Below, piece after piece: positions 1 through 11,552 of a stretch of 64,000 nt of DNA. Both the position numbers and the translations under genes were made by a program. Location of the stretch: positions 992,001 through 1,056,000 of the forward strand of contig BROI01000007.1 of the NCBI GenBank assembly GCA_027923505.1, given 5' to 3'. The first letter of the stretch is position 1. Each line of letters starts with the position of its first letter. The notes beneath the pieces are model-generated. The model was given only the letters and a program-made list of their open reading frames with translations, searched no databases and had not been told where the DNA came from. Origin of the DNA: Mayamaea pseudoterrestris (Eukaryota).

Positions 1-282
1 CGGCTGATGAGACGACAGGATGACGACGTAAGCTACGTGTTATATTGGAGGATGAATCAGCATCCAATAGGCTCTTTCGTGACCATGCGAGACTTGTCGA
101 CTCATCGAAAGAGGTCGGTGGCGTTGATGGTCGTCGACGATGTGATGATTGTGACGGTCCAGCACCGCTGATGACGTCATCGAATGAGTCACGGTCCGTT
201 TTTTAAACGATCGCGACCATGGCGATGATTGGATTTGTGATTTCTACTTTCTATAGCTGTTGAGCGAACTACCCTTGCAATC

Positions 283-1174
283 ATGGCCTTCTACCGACTC
301 ACTTCATCGAATCGGATGAGACTGCTTGCATTTATGTGTACTGGCATTATTTGCAGAGCGTTTCATGCTCCATCACTTCGCATGCAGCGTTTCGATCGTT
401 TTGCTCGCTATGCATCGTCGTCGTCATCATCACTCATTGAAATGGTGCTACAGAATCCAAAGTGGCCTCCAACGTGGCCATACTCGGACGAAGATTTTCA
501 GCGACGAGACGAAACGGACGATGCATTCTTTTACGAGCAACCCCGACTCGTCTACCACATTGACGAAGCAGCAGTGCAAGCATTGACGAGTTACTATGCT
601 ACGCAACTACGCGACGGAATGGACGTTTTGGATATATGTAGCTCCTGGGTGAGTCACTATCCAAAGAACTTTACGGGAAACAAAGTTGTCGGCCTGGGCA
701 TGAACGAGTATGAATTGAGTCAGAATCCAATCTTGACCGACTATGTTGTCGCAAACTTGAACAAGGAACCGATATTGCCATTCGAGGAAAACAGTTTCGA
801 CGTTGTCACGTGCGTCGTATCCGTCGACTACCTCAACAAGCCGCTGCAAGTTTTTCGGGAGATTGGACGCGTACTGCGGCCTGGTGGCCAGTGCATCTTG
901 TCCATGTCGAATCGATGCTTTCCGACCAAGGCGTTTCAAATTTGGTTGCAGACGAGGTGAGACATAATATCTAACTTGATGGTTGCGTCGAAACGTCGAG
1001 TGCGTCGTCTCACACAACCGTACTATACACAGCGACATTGAGCATGTGTTCATCGCAGGAAGCTTCTTCCACTACGCTGGTGCGTTTGATGCGCCAGAAA
1101 GTATTGACATTAGTCCAAACCCCGGCAGAAGCGATCCATTGTACATTGTAAAGGCGCATAAGAAGACTATCTAG
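283..1174 (+). CDS. Class I SAM-dependent methyltransferase (Methyltransf_11-like), 2 exons: 283-956, 1033-1174
   Basis: VLDICSSW motif I, LPFEENSFDVVTC and RVLRPGG motifs. GT-AG intron 957-1032 joins QT-S-DIEH in frame. N-terminus looks like a targeting presequence. Confidence 0.85.
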
Positions 1175-1220
1175 CTGTAAATCAATTGAAACTATCTAGC
1201 ATTTCTTTTTTGTAACATGG

Positions 1221-4200
1221 CTAATACTCGCCAACAGGGAAACCCGACACTGTTGCCATGTGCTCCATCTTTTGACCATTGACAGTGAAGCTGACTTTTA
1301 TCTTGAGCATTAGATTCTTCGTTCCAAGCATGGAATTGGTCACGACAATCTTTTGCGTGACTTCCTTGGCATTACCGCCAGAGACTGGAACGGTGGTGGA
1401 GCTCGGTGGGTCCATTTGCATCTGCACATACTTTGGAACGGCCACTTGAAGGTTGAGTCCACGCACGGGTGAGCCAGTCGTATTCTTGAAACAGGCAGCA
1501 AGCTCGGATCGTTGGTTGTTCGTTGGATCAGGCTTGGAATATTCAAACTCAGCGGAGAGACCATTGTGACTAAAACCCATCACTCTGGGTTTTGTTGGCG
1601 TTGCGGGGGCAGGAGTCGACGCGACACTTATAGAACCAAAGAGGTCGACGGGAGCGCTAGTCTGCACAGGAGGCGCTCCGAATAAGTCAATCGCTGTATT
1701 GGAAGTCGGAGCCAAAGAGGTTGACGTAGCTGATGCGGTCGTCGGAGGAGCACCAAACAAATCCATAGGATTCGCAAACGCTGGCGACGGCGCTGCAACA
1801 GCAGGAGCCGAAAATGGATCGTATCCCAGAGATGGCGCAGCAGCTGTCGACGTTTGTGCGGAGAATACCTCTGACAACAAGTCCATGTCACTCTTGGCTG
1901 CCTCGCCAACGGGGGCGAAACTTGTCCCATTCTGCGCAGGAGTTGCTGACGACGATCCAAACATGTCATTTAAATCAAGCAAATCACCTCCATTGGCCGG
2001 GGCAGCCGCTCGCTGCGGTCGCGTCGTAGTTACCCCGCCGTCTTCCATATTTTCAGCAGCCAGGCGCTTCTCCAGCACTTTCTGGTCAACTACCGGCATC
2101 CGTGCAATGGCATCTTGAGCAGCCTTCATTACGGCCGGACTGACGCTATCACCGTTACTAACGCTGCTTGTCACACCGAAAATGTCGTCCTCCTTGGGAA
2201 CAGGAGCTGACTTGACACCCTTTGCCGCGTTGATTAAAGCAAGATATTCACATGATCGGAGTTGCAGCTCCAGCGAGCGAGACGTTGAGTGCTTGGTCAA
2301 AACAGCATTGATCATGCCAAGAGCCACAGCATCACCAGAATCAGCAAAGCGATTACTGAGTTTTGCGTACGTTGTTAGAGCGCGATTCTTGATATGCTCC
2401 AAGCATCCATGATGTTCCGTGACGCGCTCAATCGTTTGCACTACATCAATCGGTGCAAGCGCTTCCAAAGTAACAGGAGTTGATTGGGAGGCAAGCGCCA
2501 AGTCATCAGTATCGGTAGCCTGAGGAACATACGTGCAAGGCTGCAGTAACAAGTCCCCATACTCGCCAATGCACCAGATACCAATCAACAAGAGACCTGT
2601 CTGCGATCCATCATCGTCTCGTATCGCCTTGACCAACTTGTGAGCAGCGAACGCATGCGTATCCCGGTCGGCGCGAGAGATGTAAACAGCTGTAGCGCTC
2701 TGGAAAACGTTGCTGGCTTCGCGACCGGCAATGGTTAGTGTCGTGATCAGCGTATCTACCCTCCATCTGTCATTCGGACTATAGCGGTCAACGACTTTCA
2801 AGACCCTGTTGCAAATGTCAGCCTTGTGTTCCCTTGGACAAAGAACAAGATAATTCAATAGTTCAGCCGTCAACTGCTCAACATTGCTTTCGTTTACAAG
2901 ATGATAAATTAACTCCAACGCTCGCTGACGAATACTAATGTCTGGATCCCTCAAGCAGTCAACCACAGTCTGACGATGGCGCTGCAACGCGGACATGGCA
3001 TTATTGGCAGACTCGTTCACCATTCCCGACACTAATGCATCATCACCGCGTCCCATTTGATTCTGCTCCTGAATGCATCTCGACAGCGTGTTCAACGCGA
3101 CGTAGCGAATGTTGTTATCGCGATTCAAGAGAAACCGCCCGAGAATGTTAACGGCCAACACACGCAAACCATCCTCACTCTCCGTCCCCATGATGGTTTG
3201 CACGCACTCGTACAGAATCGCGTTGCCGGCATTCTTGGCCGTTTCCGTATTCGTTGCAACCTGCGCGAGAACATCATTCATTTGCTCGGATGCTTCCAAA
3301 TTGTTGCAGCCAAGCAAACGCAGTAGCGTCAATAATTGAACCTGCAAAAAGGGATCCGCAACACCTCCAACGTCATGGTCCGGCGAGAATCCAGTGTTGG
3401 TCAACAAGTTGCGAAGCATTTTGGCCAGCGTAGGAACTAGTCTCAAGAAGGCCTTGCGACAATCCGTTTGAAACGGATCCTCACCTTCCTCCTCGGCAAA
3501 CTTGTAGTCCACCATGAGTACCGTCGTCATGAGCTGTACAATGGTGATGAGCACTCCATGACTCTTGTCCTTCAGCAATGTAACGACGCGATCAACAAAA
3601 TCTTCCACCATGTCGGGGCACTTGGAGAGGCAGCGCGCCATGGCGAGGCAGGCCTTTTTTCTCAAATAGGGGTTCTGCGACTTTAAATGCTTGTCCACTT
3701 CGGGCGCAAGGTCTCTGCTCATGTCGGCAGTCGCAAGGTTTCCAATCGCACAGAGAGCGAGTCCAGCAATAAACTTGTTTTCGTTGTTCAAGTCATTCTT
3801 GAGTGCGTTGGTGGCAAGCATGAGCACGTCGGCTTCCTCCGAAAGCAAAAGCATCATACCAAGGTACCCAATTCTCTTTTCCGGGAAGTGCGGCGAAGCG
3901 CATAGTTTCATACATTCCAGTTGTCCAAAGTGTGTCGGATATCCTGCAAGTGTATCAATGTAAGGAGAGTGAGTATCTAATGTCGCAGAATGAGGTGCGA
4001 CTAACAATTTTTCATTGGCCGCCATCGGCAACGCTAATTGAAACGAAATTGGCAACCATGTAATACATAACAATTCTTATTCTCACACTATGCATCTTTA
4101 CTTTCTAAGTGAGTAAGAGAAAACAGCAAGACTTACCAAGCATGTGCATGAATAAAAGCTTGGCAACGTTTCGGTGTCGGAAATGAACCTGCTCCTCACG

Positions 4201-4396
4201 AATAGCAGTACGGATCATCGCACTCTCCTTGGCTGTAAAAATCAAAAAGGCATTGCCAGACGAATAAGTATTTAAAGGGTAGTTGAAACATGCAGTTTGC
4301 CTGCATTACCGATGACTTACCAATGACTGCTCGCTCCTCGGCCACCGTCTTGCAGGCCCGCACTTTGCGAATGAGTTCTCGCAGTTTCATCGACAT
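1221..4396 (-). CDS. AP1G1: AP-1 adaptor complex subunit gamma, exons 4396-4321, 4232-4137, 3943-1221
   Basis: MSMKLRELIRKVRACKT...ER, MHMLGYPTHFGQLECMKL, FLLNRDNNIRYVAL, ELQLRSCEY and C-terminal ear domain (LQVAVPK). Two canonical introns keep the frame. Confidence 0.95.
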
Positions 4397-4767
4397 AATG
4401 AATTTTTTTAACTTCACAAGATATCAAAAGCAACTATATAAGGATTCGCAAGAGTCTATACAAGGACAGCTAGCGTCGCAAGGCGTGTATATAAACGCGC
4501 TGGTTAGGATTCACCCCTCCGTCTTTCACCATGGCGGCGCAGCAGCACGCGACGGGCGGCTCATGACCCGATGACCCAATGAATCTGATCCCCAAGTGAG
4601 GAAGTCATCATCAGCTATGGATGTGCCGCCTACCGACATGCACTGGTACGCTCTAAAAGACTGCAAACAAGAGAAAGAATAGCTTTACTGTTAACAATTA
4701 AATGTAACGACTTGATCAAGATCCGGTCAATATGTGGGTCATGCCAGCTTCCTGACTACCAGGTATT

Positions 4768-5499
4768 TTATTGACAATCGTCGCGACTACTTTTTCTCCA
4801 TCGCTCATCCAAATTCTTAATGTCGCACGAAAAGAAGGGCTTGCCAAGCTTTTCGTTCACCAGATTGTGCTGCTCGCATAACCATACGCATAAACCTTTT
4901 CTAGACTCCGCTCTAGAGGAAAAGACTTTTACTTGTCAGAAACTCTCATCCACACCAACAAACTCGCATCACGCAGACTCAACAATCGCTCATACGTACG
5001 GAACGGGGCTTTTCTTCAGATTTTCCGCAAAGTCCTCGGCGCAATATGTACAGGGATAGAATCGGGCAATGGCCGCAAAGAAATGACGCACCAGCGTCTG
5101 CTCCGTCTCGGACGGTTGATCGGGATACCATGCGGCCTGCAAACAAAGAAGCAAATACAATGAGAGTGAGGAAGAGCAGGTGATGGATTCCATATACTTT
5201 CTGTAACAGGCAAACATGCAGATAATATAATAGAGATGGCTCACCATTGAATGAAGAAGCGTCCAGGACGATCGTCCAAGTTCAGCACTTTTAGGCGGAC
5301 ACCTGATTGCAGATTGCTGCGACTCAACATCACTACTCAAATCTACGTTTATATTCTTGTCATTAGCGTTCTTGTGTACTCTGTTGCTCGCAGCCTTGAG
5401 CATTGACATCATGTCATCGCATGCGGGTCGGTCGCAGTCGTCCAAAAACGACGGCATGTTTTTCTTGGACGACTTTGCATTTGATTTATCGGCTCCCAT
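4768..5499 (-). CDS. ERV1: Erv1/ALR FAD-linked sulfhydryl oxidase, exons 5499-5245, 5136-5000, 4912-4768
   Basis: [18 protein letters not shown], redox [29 protein letters not shown]-terminal cysteines (CDRPAC). Canonical splice sites. Confidence 0.92.
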
Positions 5500-5801
5500 T
5501 TGACGTTTAAACGAATGCCAACCTTATTATGCGCTTCTGTCTATCTATTTACAAGCTTGCCTTGGTTCCTTGGAACGAACGAAGTGTAGGTCGGACTGCC
5601 GAGAACAATAACGACGAGCATAATGGCGAGAACGGATGAGCAATGGCGCGTGAATCACTTCAGTAACGGAGCGACTTTTCAAGTCTTGGCGCGACGTCGC
5701 GGTCGGGAAGACTTGCAAAGAAGCAAACGACGATACCGAACCGCTCGTCCCCATTGTCCTAGTTTACTTGATCCCGATTCTACTAGAGAGCTCTACAAGC
5801 C

Positions 5802-6369
5802 ATGTCGAAACGATTACTAAAGGTACGATGACTATAAAATGAAGTGGGAGAGGTAGAATTTCTGCAACTCTCGCGAGCGAGAAACGGAGGCACAATGTCT
5901 GACCCGGCAGCATCGTTCTCGTCTTCGCACCATTGAAACAACCCAGGAACGAAGCAAACTTGAAACAAGTCCCATTGAGTATGTCGCCAACATTGAGCTC
6001 GTCAATGAAGATCTCTTCAAGTGGGACGTGACCATTAAAGGCCCAGCGGACTCTCCGTACGATGGCGGTCGCTTCATTCTCCGCATGGACTTTCCAGCAG
6101 AATATCCCTTCAAGGCTCCCCGACTGGCGTTCATGACCAAAGTGTATCATCCGTCGGTGCTACGAGAATCTGGTGAAATTTGTGGAGCAGTGCTCGGCGC
6201 GTGGGGTCCGACACTGGACGTGAAGCATGTGCTCATGACGGTGTACTCGTTGCTGAAGGATCCGCAGGCGGATCATCCGTTGGACGATGAAATTGCGGAG
6301 CAACTGTCCAAGAAGCCGAAAGAGTTTGAGAAAATGGCCAAGAAGTATACAAAGGATTACGCCAAGTAG
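5802..6369 (+). CDS. Ubiquitin-conjugating enzyme E2, exons 5802-5822, 5947-6369
   Basis: MSKRLLK|E..., KWDVTIKGPADSPYDGG, EYPFKAP, KVYHPSV...GEIC with active-site Cys. Confidence 0.9.
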
Positions 6370-6498
6370 AAATTGCATGATCGGGTGCTTGGAGAGAGGA
6401 AGCGCATGGCTATGCAAGGGTTTCGTCGCCGGCCTCGACAGTCGATAGCATTTGTACTTAGCAAAAAATTATTTACACTATACACTATCATAATCATA

Positions 6499-7184
6499 CT
6501 ACCAAACTTCATTCGCTTCATCCGTCAGCTGCCATGGATCTTCCACCGTAACTTCTATTATTTCCGGAATCCGCTGCTGCAGGTAATTGGCAATCCGATC
6601 CAGCACCGTCGTTCGTTGATGCCAGTATCGACCTTTGAGCCGCAGCACCACAATGGGGCCGTCCAATCCAACGTAGTCGACGCCTCCGGTGATGCCAACC
6701 CCTCGATTCTCGGCGCTGTAGCCAAAGAGTGTTCCAAGCTCGGCGCGGCAAGCGTTTAGTACACCCAGGACTGTATCCTCGTCTAGTTCCAGTTGTGAGC
6801 CTGATAGACAAGAAAACACGAGTGAGTTGCTCCATCAAAAAATACTTGCAATATTTGAATCAATTTTCAATCATACGCACCAGCTGGAACGCTAATGGGA
6901 GCTATGGACGACGAGCCGTCGTCGTCAATGGATGGCGGCTCCAAGGACGCTCCAACTTGCGCCTTTAGTTCCTGCGAATCCTCCTCCTTGGCGTATGTAT
7001 TTGTGTCTACCAAGTCAGTGTCTTCGTCATCCTCGAGTGCGGCGAAACTGGACCAGTCGCTGGATAGAAACGTTCTTGTCGAGGTAGTGGACGATGCTGA
7101 GAGGGAACTTGATTGGTGAAGTATAGTAAACGACAGGGTAGACTCTAGTAAACAGAGCAGTGCTATTGCTGATATTCTCATCAT
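6499..7184 (-). CDS. NifU C-terminal-domain-like protein, probably plastid-targeted, exons 7184-6881, 6800-6499
   Basis: GGVDYVGLDGPIVVLRLKG...IANYLQQRIPEIIEV resembles the NFU fold. Signal peptide ending TLS-F followed by a Ser/Thr-rich transit-like region. No CxxC. Confidence 0.7.
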
Positions 7185-7492
7185 TAGTCCAAATATGTCA
7201 ATGGTATCTGATCTGCTGCTGAAGAGCTGAAGAGGACGAGCCCGATCAAGACGAATCCTCTTCCATGGCCATCAAGAAGAGTGAAACGCATGCGGTGTCA
7301 CTTCGGGACTACCGGTTGACGCGCGACTCGAATGCGAACGCGCACCATCAATGCGACGATGGTTCGGTTTCGCTGCAGCGGCCATTGAAGCAATCGATGA
7401 TAGAGTCCACACTGCACCTTGATTCACTGTTGATCCCGCAAGAGTTGAAGCACTCATCAATTTACACACCATTTTACATGCAAGCCGGCAAC

Positions 7493-8266
7493 ATGGCATC
7501 AACAACGATCAATACAGGAGTCATTCATTCGAATGCACACATTCACAAGGACGAACTCTTGGCAAAGATTGGAGGCGAAGCAACCCTTCACAAGGCGGTG
7601 GATATCTTCTACTCCCGCCTGTTACAAGATGCAGAGCTTCAGCCGTTCTTTCAGCATGCCAACATGACGATCTTAAAGTGGTGAGTGGAATATCATGTAT
7701 GGACTTATTTGAATAAAGTTTCGCCAGAGTGTAAATGATATGTTAGACCGTCGCGCCGCATATGATCCATTTGTGCAAGACCGCGAATGTCGACCAAAGA
7801 GAAACGGCATACGCTTGCACATGCAATTAAAGCCATTGTTGCGTGCCAACAACCAGCTGCAACTTCATTGGTTCTCACGCTCTCACACTTCCATGCATGC
7901 AGGCATCAGTTCAACATCATGTCCATTGCATTCACCCAAGTACCAAACAATGTCGACATTCGTCGGCTCATTCTTTCGAAACACGTTGGCTTGTTTGAAG
8001 ACTGCGGCTTGACGGCGCATCACTACGACATTGTTTGTCGACACTTTGAGGAGACGCTTCAAGATTTACACGTTGATCCAGTCGCCATTGCGCAAGCCAA
8101 GTCTGTCGTTGTTCCGCTGCGCGACGTGTTTGCGGAAGGAGCAGTCAACTGCGTTCAGCAACGAGTGTATGCGCAGCAAAGAAAGCGCTCAATGATTGCT
8201 TTGGCGACGACGAGCCTGGTGGTGCTGGGAGCAATGCAGTTGCTTCGATGGAGAAGGACGTTATGA
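7493..8266 (+). CDS. Group I truncated (2/2) hemoglobin with C-terminal hydrophobic tail, exons 7493-7680, 7903-8266
   Basis: LLAKIGGEATLHKAVDIFYSRLLQDAELQPFF, HQ..., proximal-His region LSKHVGL, GLTAHHYD. Intron 7681-7902 restores the TGG codon. Start codon choice uncertain. Confidence 0.85.
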
Positions 8267-8400
8267 ATAATGATCGATCAATCAGGATTTATTCAATTAA
8301 GTAGCTACAAAGTTGCATTAAATTGTGAATAAATTCTGGTAATCTATAGATATATAAAGTTATACTGACATATATAAACACATGCGTCGCCACATGGCAC

Positions 8401-10476
8401 TTAGAATCCTTGCCCGCCGCTTTGACGCGCCTGCAAAAGCTGGGCCAGCAACTGCGTCACGGGGTCGGCGTGGTTCAAGCCTCCCTGCCAGGCTGGCACG
8501 GACGACTCTCCCATGGAATATTGCTGCTGCTGCTGCGGGTCGCGCTGAAACTGAATCGAGGCTGGGACTGGTGCATGTGTGGGAGCAGCAGCCGGAGCAG
8601 AAGGCATGAGCGCCACTCCACCGTGACTTGGAACTTGAGCTCGCCCGCTTAGCAAGTCGGAGTACAGTTGCGCAATGGGAGCCGCGTTTGATTGCGTGTA
8701 CTGACCTGGGGATGGTGCGTTGGTGGCAGCAGCCGACATGAGTGAGGACATGAACGGAATCTGCAGTGGAGGCGCTTGGCGACTAGAGCTATCGGGGTTG
8801 TTCACATATCCAGTCGAAACCAAAATGCTCTGCGGAACTGCTCGCTGCATCAGCTTTTGTTGCGGCTGCTCTTGGTACATGTTTTGAGGAGCAAGAGGCT
8901 CCGATGCCCGTGACCATCCAGCGCCGACGTTGACTTGTGACGGCAAAACGTTTCGCTGTTGTTGCTGCTGCTGCGAAAGATCCATGTGCGCCGGAGGCAG
9001 ACTCATCGAGTCAAGTCGCCTGTGATTGTGAATAAAGGTATCCGCTGGCGACATTTGCTCGACTCTGACCTGAGGCTCCATGGCCTTTTGCGCCTCCACA
9101 AGAGCGACGCGCGCCTTGATCATTTGCAGCATTTCCTCGAGTCTTGATCCTTCGCTGCGGAGCTTGTCGTTCTGCTGCTGCATGTCCGTCGTTTGCTTCT
9201 TGAGGACTTCAATTTCAATCTTTTTACGGTGGTACTTGCGCTTCGAGTAGGCTGCGTTGCGTTTGCGAATGTACTCTTGGCGATCCAAATCGTCAGTCTC
9301 CAGTGGAAGGTCCAACAGTTGCGCCTTGCGCTTTTTGGAAGCAACGTCTTGCTTGCTGCTGCTCACCTTGGTGTTGCTGCTTGACTTGACGGGAGCGCGA
9401 CCGGAATCTGACGACGACACTTCGTGGTGGCGGGTCGAAACACTGCCCGTGCTGTGGGACGCTTCGGACGACGCGCTGGCGAGTGGAGCGTAGGCTGGTC
9501 CGTACTTGTGAAACTCAATACTGGCTCGCTCCTGGTGCCAGTGCAAGGCTCGTTCGCGAAGCCCGGTGCCGCCAATGCGCTCCGGCATGAGGTACGAGGG
9601 TAGGCCGAGCTTGCGGAGCGAGGCGAAGAGTTGTTCGTGCGACTCGTTGCTGTGCACCTGCCAGTCGACTTGAAGATCGTCGTAGTGCTTGCTGCCGCTT
9701 GCGTTCTGGTGTTTTTGCGTCGACAAGTCGCAGGGTGCGACATGGACGGTGGCTCGGGTAATGGGAAAGACTTGCAGCACCATTTCTTGCCACTTTTTCA
9801 GTTCAACGACGCATTCATCCACATCATTGTCGGTAAAGACCACAAAGGTGACTTCGCCTTCAAAGTTTTCGGCAGCTTCCATGCAAATGGTGAGCAAGTA
9901 GAACATGCACCTTGCCGTGGCGACTCCGGCATCCAAGTCTTGGTAGAAGCGAAGCTTGTGCGTGTCGACGCAAATGACTTGACCGTTTGATGAATCACCA
10001 TTGACTGGCTCAAACATGCCAATCGCCAAGGCGCCGCTCTTGAGAATGTCAATGTCAACTTGCTGGAGCGCGCCCTTGTGTGATCCTTGCAGCATGGGAT
10101 AGTACGCCTTGTCGCCAAAGGTCTTTTTGCGCTGGTTCCAGTACTTGATGCACCGCCACGAGGCACTCCAAGGATTAAAGTTCTCGCACTGCAGAAACAA
10201 AATCTCGGGAGTCTCCATTTGAAGCACCAGCGATCGCTCGCTCTTGGTGGTTTCGTAGTAGTCTTTTGATAGTTGCGACGGAAAGGCCGCCATGGACTGG
10301 TGGAACTGTTGAATGGCGACCTGAAGGAATGCTTCGGCGCGAGGAAAGCCTGGAATGTCTAGTACGCAGCTGGCTTCCTGTTGTTCTTGTTGTGTATTAT
10401 TATCTTGGCCATGGCTGCTGGTGACAGTAGTTGGAGTCGATAGCGACGACCCCGTGGTGGAAACTTGATTGCCCAT
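8401..10476 (-). CDS. CRAL-TRIO-like N-terminal domain + bZIP-like transcription factor
   Basis: FLQCENFNPWSASWRCIKYWNQRKKTFG and MPERIGGT resemble CRAL-TRIO N and C motifs. Basic region RKRNAAYSKRKYHRKK is followed by heptad L/M residues and a Q/P-rich tail. Likely start MGNQVS at 10476 (ORF open to 10638). Confidence 0.7.
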   Translation of the reverse strand: MGNQVSTTGSSLSTPTTVTSSHGQDNNTQQEQQEASCVLDIPGFPRAEAFLQVAIQQFHQSMAAFPSQLSKDYYETTKSERSLVLQMETPEILFLQCENFNPWSASWRCIKYWNQRKKTFGDKAYYPMLQGSHKGALQQVDIDILKSGALAIGMFEPVNGDSSNGQVICVDTHKLRFYQDLDAGVATARCMFYLLTICMEAAENFEGEVTFVVFTDNDVDECVVELKKWQEMVLQVFPITRATVHVAPCDLSTQKHQNASGSKHYDDLQVDWQVHSNESHEQLFASLRKLGLPSYLMPERIGGTGLRERALHWHQERASIEFHKYGPAYAPLASASSEASHSTGSVSTRHHEVSSSDSGRAPVKSSSNTKVSSSKQDVASKKRKAQLLDLPLETDDLDRQEYIRKRNAAYSKRKYHRKKIEIEVLKKQTTDMQQQNDKLRSEGSRLEEMLQMIKARVALVEAQKAMEPQVRVEQMSPADTFIHNHRRLDSMSLPPAHMDLSQQQQQQRNVLPSQVNVGAGWSRASEPLAPQNMYQEQPQQKLMQRAVPQSILVSTGYVNNPDSSSRQAPPLQIPFMSSLMSAAATNAPSPGQYTQSNAAPIAQLYSDLLSGRAQVPSHGGVALMPSAPAAAPTHAPVPASIQFQRDPQQQQQYSMGESSVPAWQGGLNHADPVTQLLAQLLQARQSGGQGF

Positions 10477-10812
10477 GGTTGTCTGATTTGTGAGCGAAAC
10501 GAAGGAGGTTTGGGGCACACCAGGCAGGAAAGCGAATGACGAGCCGATTGGAGATCGACAGGAAGTTTCAGACGCACTGCGGAGGAATAGAGTTCTGCCA
10601 TTTCTGGTCAATTCAAGATGGCTGACGGACAATGACATGTGACATGCACAAGGTTGGTCATCGTCATTCTATTCACTACCGACCGGTACTAAACTCGGTA
10701 TAGTCAATGGCCTGCGCCGCCGGTGACGATCGATTTGCCTTCCCATTTGCGAAAAGAGTGGAAGGCAATGGAAGAAAGTCAAATGCCCACTACGCACCAC
10801 AAGCAAGAAATC

Positions 10813-10931
10813 TGAGTCAATATCAAGTTGAAGAACGTCAGGCTTTTCGAGTCAGTTTGCCAGATGATCCGAGGAAGCCAACGCACTTTGGGCGTGAGCA
10901 TGAGTCATCGGCAGAACTTGCTTATGAGTCA
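10813..10931. promoter_or_regulatory. Cluster of three TGAGTCA (AP-1/GCN4-type) motifs upstream of the bZIP-like gene
   Basis: TGAGTCA at 10813-10819, 10901-10907, 10925-10931; a further copy at 11445-11451. Function is inferred only. Confidence 0.35.
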
Positions 10932-11078
10932 TATGAAAGCAAACATCTGCTGGAATGGGGCTGCGTATGTTGATTGTGTACTTTGAAACCTACATTCTTC
11001 GCCTTGTGTACAATAAGATCCATATAGTCATCTTTTATTCTAGCTTCCTTGTGACGCACGATCTGAGAAAGGCGAGTA

Positions 11079-11434
11079 CCGTCAAGTTGAAAAGTCCGAC
11101 GACGAGTGCTCGTCCGCTGGTTGGCACCCTTTATTCTCGAGTAATAAACATTGAATCAATGATCTGACTAGTACTACTTCAATATATATGTTATCTTCTC
11201 TGCATCTTTATTTTGTGTTAAACAGGTCCCGCAGTATCCTGCCAACCCGCGGAAGAAGGCGGCGTCGAAGCTTTAGCTACGAACATTACAACATCATGGG
11301 CCTTTATCTCTACATAATCATGCCTTTCAAAGCATAATTCATATCACAAGGGCAATAATAGTTGATGTGAATGATGGTCATTTGGCGATATTCATCTTAT
11401 GTGAAGTTCAACCGACGACTTTTCAACTTGACGG
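11079..11434. mobile_element. Putative MITE (Tc1/mariner-type non-autonomous element) with TA target-site duplication
   Basis: GTACCGTCAAGTTGAAAAGTC (11076-11096) is the exact reverse complement of GACTTTTCAACTTGACGGTAC (11417-11437), read as TA|CCGTC...GACGG|TA. Interior is AT-rich and non-coding. Confidence 0.7.
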
Positions 11435-11552
11435 TACGCACTGTTGAGTCATTCCGTCTGCGTGACGAGCTTTAATCTGCTATGGTTGCATACAGGATGA
11501 GACGGTTCTCCTTCCGCAAGCATAAAGGGAAGTCTTTAGCTACGAACATTAC
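11271..11552 (+). repeat. 19-bp direct repeat CTTTAGCTACGAACATTAC (11271-11289, 11534-11552)
   Basis: Exact match, with looser similarity continuing downstream (ggccttt...atcatgc). Confidence 0.8.
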
